NCBI GenBank assembly: GCA_000965745.1
Contig: CP009479.1
Location: forward strand, 448,001-512,000
Direction of reading: 5' to 3'
Origin: an uncultured archaeon
Lineage (GTDB): Archaea > Thermoplasmatota > Thermoplasmata > Thermoplasmatales > Thermoplasmataceae
Length of the DNA stretch: 64,000 bases
The position numbers and the translations under genes are program-made. Position 1 is the first letter of the stretch. Every line of letters begins with the position of its first letter. The notes below the pieces were generated by a model, which was not told the DNA's origin, did not search any database, and was given only the letters and a program-made list of their open reading frames with translations. Positions 47,456 to 57,021 of the stretch are shown one piece after another.

Positions 47456-50212
47456 ATGAAAATGACGCAAACTAACAGCCTCTTGCGCCGAGATGTCAGA
47501 TTACTCGGAAACTTGCTTGGAGAGGTCATAATTTCACAATGCGGACATGAGGTCTTTAACGATGTGGAAACGATTCGGCTCGCAGCCAAAAATTTGCGCA
47601 GCAGAAAAGATGAGGCAAGCCGCCGTTCGTTTGAAGAGAGAATAGGGCACATTCCCATGGAACACAGGGGGAAGGTTATCCGTGCGTTTTCGCTTTACTT
47701 TGAACTTGTCAACATTGCAGAACAAAATCATAGGATTCGAAGGCGAAGGGAATATGAGTTTGAATTTGAAAAACAAAACGTATCTGCCTCGTCCCGTGGA
47801 ACTTTCGGGAATGCCCTGAGCAGGCTTCGCCAGGGTGGTTTCAATGACGAGCAGATTGAGGAGTTGCTGCAGAATTTGGGGCTGGAACTGGTTTTTACGG
47901 CACACCCTACAGAAGCAATGCGTCGTACCGTACTGAACAAACACCGAAAAATTGCCACCATCCTCCAGACTTTTGATGACCCTTTGCTGACGAGTCGTCA
48001 GAGGTCAGAGGCAGAGAAGCGGCTGAGAGCTGAGATTGTTGGTCTATGGCAGACACGTCCTGTTCGCAAGCGGCGCATAACCGTTGACGATGAAGTCAAG
48101 AGTGGTTTGTATTTCCTTGGTGAAATACTGTTTGATGTACTTCCTTCCCTTCATCTCGAATTGGAGGAACAGCTGGCGGCCTATTATCCGGATCGTGAGT
48201 GGGAAGTTCCGCCTTTGGTGCGATTTGGATCCTGGATGGGGGGAGATCGTGACGGAAATCCGTCTGTCACAGCGGATGTGACCCTTCAAACTCTGATGCT
48301 TCACTTCGGTCTGGCCATGGACAAATACAGTGAGCGATTGAAATCGTTGCGGGATGATTTGAGCCAATCTTACGAGCTGGCAGGAGCGAGCAGCGAGCTG
48401 ATCACATCGTTGCAGGAAGAAGCTGTGCCGGATGAGCCATACCGAGCCAAGATTGATGCTATGCTTTCCAGGCTGGAAGCTACTAGATTGCTGCAGCATA
48501 GTGGTGGCCAGGAGCACCATAATGGAAATCCGTATCCTGGACCGGAATCGCTTCAGGCAGACCTGAAAATTCTGTCAGACTCACTTTATTCCAACAAGGG
48601 TGAGCTGGTTGCCGAAACAAAGGTCAAACCACTGCTGCATCAGGTTGAGGTATTCGGCTTTCATATTGCGACTCTTGACATACGCCAGCACAGTGAAGTT
48701 CATGAGAATACGATAGCCGAATGGATGCAGTTGGCACGCATCGGGGATTACCACGCCCTGAGCGAGAAAGAAAAAATTTCAGCCCTCACACGTTATCTCG
48801 AGGATCCAAGGCCACTCATAAGCCCCTTTGTTCAAGTAAGCGATGACAGCAAGGAGACGTCTGAAGTCTTTAACGTAATCAGGCAGGGCCAGGACCTGTT
48901 TGGATCCCAATCTGTCCAAAACTACCTTATCTCAATGACACGAGGACTTAGTGACGTAATGGAGGTGCTCCTGCTCGCGAAGCATGCCGGGCTCTTTAAC
49001 TGGGTTTCAAAGCAAGATGTTATGAGCCGCATCAACGTTGTTCCGCTCTTTGAAACCATTGAAGATTTGCGTGCGGCCCCGGGTATTGTAAAAAGTATGT
49101 TCGAAAATACTGTCTTCATGGGCCACATTAGGGCTCGGGGAAACAGTCAGGAGATTATGCTTGGGTATTCTGACAGCAACAAGGATGGTGGTTACCTGAC
49201 GGCAAACTGGGAGCTGTATAAAGCGCAGAAGAGCATCCTTCAGGTAGCAGAACGCCATGGCGTAAAACTCAAGATCTTTCATGGCCGAGGGGGTGCCCTG
49301 GGGCGTGGCGGAGGCCCCCTTTGGAGAAGCATCATGTCACAGCCCCCTGAAGCATCTGGGGGGCCTTTGAAAATCACTGAGCAAGGGGAAGTCATCTCCC
49401 AGAGATATGGGCACCCGGATATCGCCCGAAGGTCCCTCGAGACCGCAGTATCCACGCTTCTCGTAGGTGTTTTGAACAGGCAAGAAGAACATATGCGGGA
49501 TAAGGAGAAGGAATGGTCTGGAATTCTGGACAAGGTCTCACAGCTCTCGTATGAGGCATATCATCACTTTGTTTATGGCAATCCAGATTTCCTCACATAT
49601 TTTCACGAGGCTACCCCTATAGCAGAGATAGGCAAGCTGAATATTGGGTCACGCCCCTCCAGGCGCAAGGATTCCCCCTTGATCCAGGAATTGCGTGCTA
49701 TCCCCTGGGTGTTTTCCTGGACGCAGAACAGGCATCTGCTGCCGGCCTGGTATGGCTTTGGCACAGCTCTAGAAAAGGCTACAGATGGTGGTAAGATAGA
49801 TAGAAGAGCATTTGCTGACATGTACAGGGATTGGCCATTTTTCAAGTCCCTCATTGACAACCTCCAGATGGCTCTGGCCAAGGCTGACTTTCTGATTGCG
49901 CCAGAATATATTAGGCTGGTCTCGGATCAGGGTCTTACCCAGAGGGTGTTCACGAAAATCAGGGAAGAATACGATCTGACAAAGGCATGGGTTCTTGAAA
50001 TAACCGGCCTCAATGAACTTTTGGACAACGAGCAGGTAATTCAGGACTCCATCAGGCTGCGGAACCCGTATGTGGACCCATTGTCTTTCCTCCAGGTACT
50101 TTTGCTGCAAGAGGTTCGGAAGATAGAAGATGTTAAGGAAGAATCCGAGGAAATGCAAGAGGTGCTGCTTACCATCAACGGTATCGCTTCAGGAATGCGA
50201 AATACGGGCTGA
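47456..50212 (+). CDS. ppc: Phosphoenolpyruvate carboxylase, bacterial/plant type
   Basis: VFTAHPTE, GSWMGGDRDGNP, VPLFET, QEIMLGYSDSNKDGG, FHGRGG..GRGGGP, LRAIPWVFSW, C-terminal GMRNTG; 918 aa. Confidence 0.97.
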   Translation: MKMTQTNSLLRRDVRLLGNLLGEVIISQCGHEVFNDVETIRLAAKNLRSRKDEASRRSFEERIGHIPMEHRGKVIRAFSLYFELVNIAEQNHRIRRRREYEFEFEKQNVSASSRGTFGNALSRLRQGGFNDEQIEELLQNLGLELVFTAHPTEAMRRTVLNKHRKIATILQTFDDPLLTSRQRSEAEKRLRAEIVGLWQTRPVRKRRITVDDEVKSGLYFLGEILFDVLPSLHLELEEQLAAYYPDREWEVPPLVRFGSWMGGDRDGNPSVTADVTLQTLMLHFGLAMDKYSERLKSLRDDLSQSYELAGASSELITSLQEEAVPDEPYRAKIDAMLSRLEATRLLQHSGGQEHHNGNPYPGPESLQADLKILSDSLYSNKGELVAETKVKPLLHQVEVFGFHIATLDIRQHSEVHENTIAEWMQLARIGDYHALSEKEKISALTRYLEDPRPLISPFVQVSDDSKETSEVFNVIRQGQDLFGSQSVQNYLISMTRGLSDVMEVLLLAKHAGLFNWVSKQDVMSRINVVPLFETIEDLRAAPGIVKSMFENTVFMGHIRARGNSQEIMLGYSDSNKDGGYLTANWELYKAQKSILQVAERHGVKLKIFHGRGGALGRGGGPLWRSIMSQPPEASGGPLKITEQGEVISQRYGHPDIARRSLETAVSTLLVGVLNRQEEHMRDKEKEWSGILDKVSQLSYEAYHHFVYGNPDFLTYFHEATPIAEIGKLNIGSRPSRRKDSPLIQELRAIPWVFSWTQNRHLLPAWYGFGTALEKATDGGKIDRRAFADMYRDWPFFKSLIDNLQMALAKADFLIAPEYIRLVSDQGLTQRVFTKIREEYDLTKAWVLEITGLNELLDNEQVIQDSIRLRNPYVDPLSFLQVLLLQEVRKIEDVKEESEEMQEVLLTINGIASGMRNTG

Positions 50213-50706
50213 TTACGCCAGATTTAAGTGCTATGATTGGGAAGTGAAGCTCCGCTTTGGGCCGAGATTCTACCCGTTATTGAAATATCCTATCAGGTCG
50301 ATACCCCGAACAAACTTGAAGAGGTGACAGCTTAATGGGTTTTTCTCATCGAGATGAGCTTAAAGCTGATACTGTTGAATCAGGGATTTTCCAAGGTTCC
50401 AACCCATTTTTTGACAGGGGTTCAGAGAGCATTGTGATTCAAAACGTGGTTGTCAATAACGATTTACAACACATCATGAAATGCGCAAATCTGCTCTGAA
50501 ACCTCGGAGTTTTAGGCTTTCTTCTGTCACTGTTGGCTGGTTCCGTCAGTAGTCATCATATAAATTATTCCATCGCCCCCCCCACCTTTACTTCATATCC
50601 CCAACACAGTCCCTTCTGTGTTGTTATAAAAATATCTAAAAATTGAAAACTATTATAGATATCCGCCCTGCATGGATACTTTTTAAACGTCCGCCAGTTA
50701 TATTGA

Positions 50707-51174
50707 TCAGGAAGCCGTTACGTTCCTGTACATTCTCCCATACTGGCTAATGCTTTTGTGATAATGTCTTATTAGATGCAGGTTCAGCGTCAGTGCATTC
50801 ACATAACCTGTTCCGAAGAAGAACATGGTGAACTTTGTGTCGTTATTAATCTGCCTGTTGAAATATGCCATTGATATACCAGTCTCGTTGTGTATCCTGT
50901 GCGCTTGCATACTGGCGTTTGCCACTGTTATGTCCGGATCTATCCCTGAAGCCGAATCGGCCCTGATGTGGAACAAGTAGGGCGAATCTGTGGACTGCCC
51001 AACCAGGTATGATCCAACAGTAGTGTTGCTAAGGGTGGCTAGTGAGCCGTTGGCTTCATAATTGAAAGCTCCCTGGCCAACTCCCGTTACCACAACGGGA
51101 AATATGAATCCGCATATCATCACCATGGTTATAGCCAAGCCGAGCGGCCCCCTTATTATATCTTTTATTTTCAT
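50707..51174 (-). CDS. kdpC: Potassium-transporting ATPase subunit C (short form)
   Basis: N-terminal TM, ANGSL, VGSYLVGQ, ASGIDPDIT, VNALTLN; last gene of the kdp operon. Confidence 0.88.
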   Translation of the reverse strand: MKIKDIIRGPLGLAITMVMICGFIFPVVVTGVGQGAFNYEANGSLATLSNTTVGSYLVGQSTDSPYLFHIRADSASGIDPDITVANASMQAHRIHNETGISMAYFNRQINNDTKFTMFFFGTGYVNALTLNLHLIRHYHKSISQYGRMYRNVTAS

Positions 51175-53320
51175 AATACGCCCCATGCAAATGTTAGCAG
51201 GATTGCAATTGCCTTTATAGCCACGAATGGGAGTAACATGCCCCCTAGGCCGAATATTGTGAGGTTCTTCAGAAATATCCTGATAGTACTTTGGGGCCTG
51301 AATCTCGTTCCCCTTATGGCCAGAGGTATGAGTGCGGGTATGACCGCCGCATTGAATATGAGTGCCGAGAGCACGGCTATGTGCGGGCTGAGATTCAGTA
51401 TATTCAGTGCACTAAGGGCCGGTACACTGGCAAACATTACGGGTACTATGGCGAAATACTTGGCCACATCGTTGGTAACGCTGAATGTTGTCACTGCCCC
51501 CCTTGTCATGAGGAGCTGCTTTCCCAGCATCACCACATCAATGATCTTGGAGGGATTGGATTCCAGATCAACTAGATTGGCGGCGTCCTTTGCTGCAAAT
51601 GTTCCAGAAGCCATTGCAAGGCCAACGTCCGCGGCAGCAAGAGCTGGAGCATCGTTTGTGCCGTCCCCGATCATCGCCACTATCCTCCTCTGTGCCTGCT
51701 CCTCCTTAACCCTGTTGAACTTTGTCTCGGGCTTGGCCTGGGAGACAAACTCATCAATGCCGACCTCGTTTGCAATGTTCTTAGCAGTGAGCGGATGATC
51801 CCCTGTGACCATCACGGGAATGATGCCCATAGTCTTGAGTCCTTCTATTCTCTCGCGTATGCCTTTCTTGATGATGTCCTTGAGGAACACCACACCGAGG
51901 ATCTCTCCGTCCTTCGAGACAGCAATGGGGGTTCCACCCGTAGAGGTGATTGAGTTAACCGCCTCATCATATCCCATAGGAGTGAAGTATGCATCTCCCT
52001 TTATTGCCTCGGTGGCACCCTTGTGGATCACGGTCTCGTCAGTCATGCTGGTTTCGAGCTCGAATTTCTTCCTAAACCTGTGCCTCTGGTAGAATTCCCT
52101 TCCGCCTTTCGGAAGTGTGAAATCGTCGGAATCAACTAGGGTGACTCCGCTCCTCCTTGTTACTGCACTGAATTCCTCATGAGTCCCCTCTCTAAGGGCA
52201 TCATACTCTTTTGGAACGAAGCCCATCCTGAATGCAAGGTCCACTATGCTTCTCCCCTCAGGAGTGTCATCATACCATGACGAGAGAAATGCGGCCTCCG
52301 CCAGCTCCTTTTCAGTGTGACCGCCAACGGGGATAAACTGTGTTGCGAGTCTGTTGCCGCTTGTGATCGTACCGGTCTTGTCCAGCATTATGACATTGGC
52401 ATCCCCTGCTGTCTCTATTGCCCTGCCGGATTTTGCGATTATGCTGTTCCTGGACAACCTATTAATTCCAGATATTCCAATAGCCGGAAGCAGTGCTCCA
52501 ATGGTTGTGGGAAGAAGGCACACATACAAGGCAATGAGCACTGAAAGATCAGCGCCCAGATTCAGGAGCAGCGATACTGAAATCAGCGATAGGAGTATTA
52601 TAGTGAATACACCAGTAAGTCCAAGCAGAAGAACGGAGAGGGCCATCTCGTTAGGCGTCTTCGGTCTCTCTGATGATTCTACCATGTTGACCAGCTTCCT
52701 TATGTAAGAATCCTCAGGGTTCACGTTGACCTGGGCAACAACTGAGTCGCTTATTATTGTGGAACCTCCGATCACGGTATCCCCCTTGTCTTCCTCACTC
52801 CCGCAGATTCCCCTGTGAGAAGGGATTCATCCACCATGGCGATCCCCTCAAGGACCTCGCCATCTATGGGGACCTGGTCCCCGTTCTCAATAAGGATTAG
52901 ATCGCCTTTCTTCAGGGTTGATGATCGGATGATCTCAATTTTGCGTGCCCCATCTGCCTCAACGATCTTCCTTGCGTCTGATTCCTGCTCCAGCTTCTTT
53001 AATCCCTCAGCGGTTGCCCTGGATCTTGCCTCCGCTGAGGAGTCTGAGATTGTGCTGAACCAGACCGTAACGAACAGGATTACTGCAACCTCTGCGTAGA
53101 ACATCCGATCGGCTGCATGTGCCAGTCCAGGCAGTGTGTTGGGGAACAGTGCCATGTAAAGAACAACGAAGAATGACAGCTCAACAACGAACATGACCGG
53201 ATTTGAGATCAACCTTGCGGAATTAAGGCGCGATATAGAATCTGTCAGTATCCCTTCCCACATTCCCTCCTGGCTGCCATCCTGCCAGGTCTGCTTCTTT
53301 TCAGTATTATCAAAGGACAC
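51171..53320 (-). pseudogene. kdpB: Potassium-transporting ATPase subunit B, split by a 1-nt frameshift at 52781-52785
   Basis: N-part (52772..53320) has NPVMFVVE and DESLLTGES; C-part (51171..52775) has LLPTTIGALL, DKTGT, TGDH, GDGTNDAPALA. Adding one G to the G5 run restores ...RKTRGDTVIGG... Confidence 0.88.
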
Positions 53321-54968
53321 TCTTGATCCCCTCCAGATGCATCAGAATAGGCCCTATTGCCAGGAACGGGAAAAACGTGAGAACTGCCAGTATAAAGATG
53401 CTCACAATAAGGATCGACGGGAAAATAAAGTTGTCAGTTCTCAAAGCAACTTCGCGGCTTCTCTTCCTTCCATGCATCCTTCCCGCTATGGCGAGCATTA
53501 TCGCGATTGGGGTGAACCTGCCTATCCACATAACTATCCCTGTTGAAACGTTGAAATATACGGTGTTTCCTGTACTTCCCAGGAAGTCCGACCCATTGTT
53601 AGCTGCCGCTGATGTGTATTCGTAAAGAATCTGTGTGAAGCCCTTTGGGCCTGTGCCTATGCCGATACCATGCACAGCCCCTATGCCGTAAGCGATCAGT
53701 GTTGGAACGAGTATCAGTATAGGATGAGCAAGGAATGCAATTACTGCAAGCTTAACGTCACCCTCTGTGATCTTAGCCCCCAAGTATTCAGGGGTGCGCC
53801 CTGCCATGAGACCCACAATGAATACAGTTATGACCATGTACATGAGCATATACATGGCTCCGACGCCAATTCCGCCGGGAGTCGCCTGTATCATCATCCC
53901 CAGGAATGCTGCAAGAACGACAAGGGGGTGCATGCCCGCAAGCGCTGCGTTAACAGAACCTGTTGTGAACGCTGTTGTTGTCACAGTGTAAAAAACTGCT
54001 GCAGGCCCTCCGAACCTGACCTCCATTCCGGCTGAGATGACAGTAAGGGGAACGAAAGCTATTGCCAGATCTATTGCATAAAGCCCGTAGGATGCAATCA
54101 GAACGGTTCTGCCTTCATTCCTCCTTCTCAGCATTCTTCCGAACAAGAATGGCATTGCGGTGGGGATGAGCATCATCATACCCATCTGCATGAAATCTGT
54201 GAGTGGGCTGGGATTCTCAAATGGAGTGTAGTTGTTTGAGCCAAAGTATCCTCCGCCGTTTGTGCCAATCTGCATTATTGACTGCATTGAGGCAATTGGC
54301 CCCACCTTAATTGTCTGGAATGCCCCCGTAAACGTTCTGACAACTTCATATCCAGAAAGTGACTGCGGGACCCCAAGTGCTATAAGGATTATGGCGGAAA
54401 CAAATGATAGTGGAATGAGAACACGTGTTATTGTCCTTACAAAGTCGAAGTAGAAGTTCCCTATGCCATCATTACCATTCTTCTTTCCTGCAAACCCCCT
54501 GAATATGGCCAAGGCCACAACAACACCGTCTGCAGCGGAAATGAACTGGAGAAACTGTATGGCCATCATCTGGCTGAAATATGACAGTGTAGATCCGCCA
54601 CCATAATGCTGGAGATTGGTGTTGGAGGAGAATGACAGGACCGTGTTAAGGGCCAGAGACCAGTTCAGGTTGTGGAATCTCATTGGGTTAAGGGGAAGGT
54701 ATCCCTGAAAAACAAGCACTAGATACGCAAGGATTGCTGCGAATCCAGTAAAGAAAAAAAGTGCCAGAAAATACTCCTTCCAGCTCATCTGCCTTGTGGT
54801 GTCAACACCAAGCACCCGGTATATGAGTTTTTCAACGGGCAGAATGAACATGTCCCAGGTGCTCTTTTCATTCTCATACACATTGAGGAGATAGCTGGAA
54901 AGAATCCATCCCAAAATCAGTACTATTACCCCCAACAGGATAAAGAGAAGAATAAATAGCCCAATCAT
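53310..54968 (-). CDS. kdpA: Potassium-transporting ATPase subunit A
   Basis: Filter motifs SNTNLQHY, IGTNGGG, TTGSVNA, ANNGS; GLMAGRTPEYLG; TFFPFLAIGPI. Confidence 0.95.
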   Translation of the reverse strand: MIGLFILLFILLGVIVLILGWILSSYLLNVYENEKSTWDMFILPVEKLIYRVLGVDTTRQMSWKEYFLALFFFTGFAAILAYLVLVFQGYLPLNPMRFHNLNWSLALNTVLSFSSNTNLQHYGGGSTLSYFSQMMAIQFLQFISAADGVVVALAIFRGFAGKKNGNDGIGNFYFDFVRTITRVLIPLSFVSAIILIALGVPQSLSGYEVVRTFTGAFQTIKVGPIASMQSIMQIGTNGGGYFGSNNYTPFENPSPLTDFMQMGMMMLIPTAMPFLFGRMLRRRNEGRTVLIASYGLYAIDLAIAFVPLTVISAGMEVRFGGPAAVFYTVTTTAFTTGSVNAALAGMHPLVVLAAFLGMMIQATPGGIGVGAMYMLMYMVITVFIVGLMAGRTPEYLGAKITEGDVKLAVIAFLAHPILILVPTLIAYGIGAVHGIGIGTGPKGFTQILYEYTSAAANNGSDFLGSTGNTVYFNVSTGIVMWIGRFTPIAIMLAIAGRMHGRKRSREVALRTDNFIFPSILIVSIFILAVLTFFPFLAIGPILMHLEGIKSVL

Positions 54969-55129
54969 GAGAGTTTGCCCTCCTCTCGCGAATAGAGCCG
55001 ATTGATCGACTGTGAGTCGACGTAATAATCAGCCTTTAGACTGCTCAAATAACGCTGCCATAAATAGATAAATGATCGCACACTGGCTTTTTTGACGATG
55101 CTACTATCCCATGAACATACATTTTCCAT
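54965..55129 (-). CDS. Small hydrophilic ORF (54 aa) coupled to kdpA
   Basis: AGGAGGAGG RBS before the ATG at 55129; stop overlaps the kdpA start (ATGA). Confidence 0.45.
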   Translation of the reverse strand: MENVCSWDSSIVKKASVRSFIYLWQRYLSSLKADYYVDSQSINRLYSREEGKLS

Positions 55130-55187
55130 AACATAACCTCCTCCTGCAATCACACATTACAACGAATTGCACCAGAGATATGGTGCT

Positions 55188-55502
55188 CTATTCTTTCTGA
55201 CTTTCTATTGAGATCTGATCGGCACGTTGTCCCTTGGCAGCGCTTAGAACAATTGAGCTGACAACGCTTTTCACGCCGGATATTTTCATTATTTTATTCT
55301 TCAGTGTGTCACGGAACTCATCTATATCCTCTGTCCTGACAACTGTAGCAATATCAAATTCACCTGTCACTTCGTAAACCTCTTCAACAGCGTCGAGCAG
55401 ACACAGTTCCTTGACAACTTCTTCTTCCTTGAGAGTGTCTACAAAAATATCGACTATAGCCGTGATGGTTTTCTGGTTCGAGTTAAAATCTTCGACGTTC
55501 AT
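55188..55502 (-). CDS. Lrp/AsnC ligand-binding-domain-only protein
   Basis: AVEEVYEVTGEFDI...KISGVKSVVSSIVL; no HTH; 104 aa. Confidence 0.85.
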   Translation of the reverse strand: MNVEDFNSNQKTITAIVDIFVDTLKEEEVVKELCLLDAVEEVYEVTGEFDIATVVRTEDIDEFRDTLKNKIMKISGVKSVVSSIVLSAAKGQRADQISIESQKE

Positions 55503-55814
55503 CGCTCTGCCGCCCCATCTGAAAAGCATATTAAAAGTTTACCAGCAATTATCATACCAGTATGTTTTTAGAAACTCGTATTTAAGGGAATATGAACAGC
55601 ATTAGGAAAATATACCATATACTTTAGATGTACTATACTATGGCCATGCTGGATCCAAAAATGACTCGACATGGTCATAACGCATTACCAATTGTATCAA
55701 AATGCTACGACCTAGATGGCTGGAAATTTTTCAAATCCAGACCAAACTTATGTGTGAAGTCATGATAGTGGATATCATGGATTTCTATAATTTGGATTCG
55801 GAATCGTATGTTAA

Positions 55815-55889
55815 TGCTCCGACCGGGATTCGGACCCGGGTCGTCGGCTCGAAAGGCCGAAATGCTTGGCCGGACTACACCATCGGAGC
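55815..55889 (-). tRNA. tRNA-Glu (anticodon TTC), no intron, CCA not encoded
   Basis: GCTCCGA/TCGGAGC acceptor stem, TCGGC-CTTTCGA-GCCGA anticodon arm, CCGGG-TCCGAAT-CCCGG T arm. Confidence 0.95.
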
Positions 55890-55912
55890 GAACAAACCCA
55901 TAAGCTGGCAGA

Positions 55913-55930
55913 TTATATTTACCTTTTCTT
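55913..55930 (-). promoter_or_regulatory. BRE-TATA promoter of tRNA-Glu
   Basis: Minus strand aagaaaagg-taaatataa, TATA ending 24 nt upstream of the tRNA 5' end. Confidence 0.6.
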
Positions 55931-55971
55931 GCCAATGGGCGGTCCCTGATTATTCCAAAGAGATATATTAG

Positions 55972-57021
55972 TTACTGTTTTGGCATGGGAAATCTCAATA
56001 TTGCGCAGTACCCTCCGAATTTTTTGACAGAAAGGCCTGAGTCGTCGTGGACGCTGAATATGTGAACTCTCGAACTGAAGTTCTTGGCAAGTTCAAGAAG
56101 TTCTCTTGACTCATTTGATCTGAATTTTTCCTCCGTCATGATCAGATCCTCCACTGCCCCTGTTTTGAGAGCTTCCTTAACCGCATCCTTTCCATAAACA
56201 GACAGGTCATTTGTTTTGAGATTCTTGAAGAACTGTTCGAGCAGCTTTCTTTCATTGACCATTCTCGATGCGGAAAATATCTTCTCGCTCTCTTCCTTTG
56301 ACAGGAATTCATATATCCCGCCCTCGTCAGATCGTGCGGTAGCATAGGAAAATATCTGCCTTCCGGAAAAAGCAGGATCTGATTTCAGCATGTTGACCAG
56401 CTTTTCCCTCGTGAACCCTGCACCCAGAACTATGACTGGAATATCCGGGGATATTGTTGTTCTTATCGTTTTGATCACTTCCAGAAGATATTCCTTTTCT
56501 GAGTAGTGGGTCTCATAGTCCTTTCCGGATTTCCCGGCACTCACTTTTCCCATGCCCTGAATCCCGTATGACCTCAGGATGAAGACAGAAGCTTCTTCAT
56601 CATCTATCCCGACAAAACAGTACCCTTGCCCGAATGTTGATTCTGAGCCTTCCCTGAGCATTTCCTTCTGCTCATCGGACCATGCGGCCTTGATGAGTTC
56701 GAAGGTGTCTTCAGTCCCAATCATGAATGATTGATGTTCACCAATCAGGCCTTCTTTGCCCTCTACAATTGTCCCGAGAACCTTTATTTTGCTGGAGAAT
56801 TCCTGAAATTCAACATCTGAAACTTCAACTGTCAGAAGCATAGGTTTTCTTGACTGTTCCTTGGACCTTGTCATATCATCCTGTTTGTCCTGCCGTCTAA
56901 GAACAACCATCCGGACTCTGTCACCCGGCGTGATAATGTTGTGTATATACCATAGGTCGTCTATGTTCTGCACGTGAATAGACAGCGATTGTTTCTCTTT
57001 GTCCTCTTCCAGTATTCTCAC
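55972..57021 (-). CDS. pelA: Pelota (Dom34) ribosome rescue factor
   Basis: DDLWY, GKSGK, LGAGFT, YGKDAVKEALKTGAVEDL, FGGYCAILRF; eRF1-like three-domain layout. Confidence 0.93.
   Translation of the reverse strand: MRILEEDKEKQSLSIHVQNIDDLWYIHNIITPGDRVRMVVLRRQDKQDDMTRSKEQSRKPMLLTVEVSDVEFQEFSSKIKVLGTIVEGKEGLIGEHQSFMIGTEDTFELIKAAWSDEQKEMLREGSESTFGQGYCFVGIDDEEASVFILRSYGIQGMGKVSAGKSGKDYETHYSEKEYLLEVIKTIRTTISPDIPVIVLGAGFTREKLVNMLKSDPAFSGRQIFSYATARSDEGGIYEFLSKEESEKIFSASRMVNERKLLEQFFKNLKTNDLSVYGKDAVKEALKTGAVEDLIMTEEKFRSNESRELLELAKNFSSRVHIFSVHDDSGLSVKKFGGYCAILRFPMPKQ

Noticed and set aside
50380-50430. ttttttgacagggg as the end of another IS
   Set aside because: No partner repeat or transposase remnant could be identified.
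54965-55129. kdpF
   Set aside because: KdpF is a single hydrophobic helix of about 30 aa; this ORF is longer and hydrophilic.
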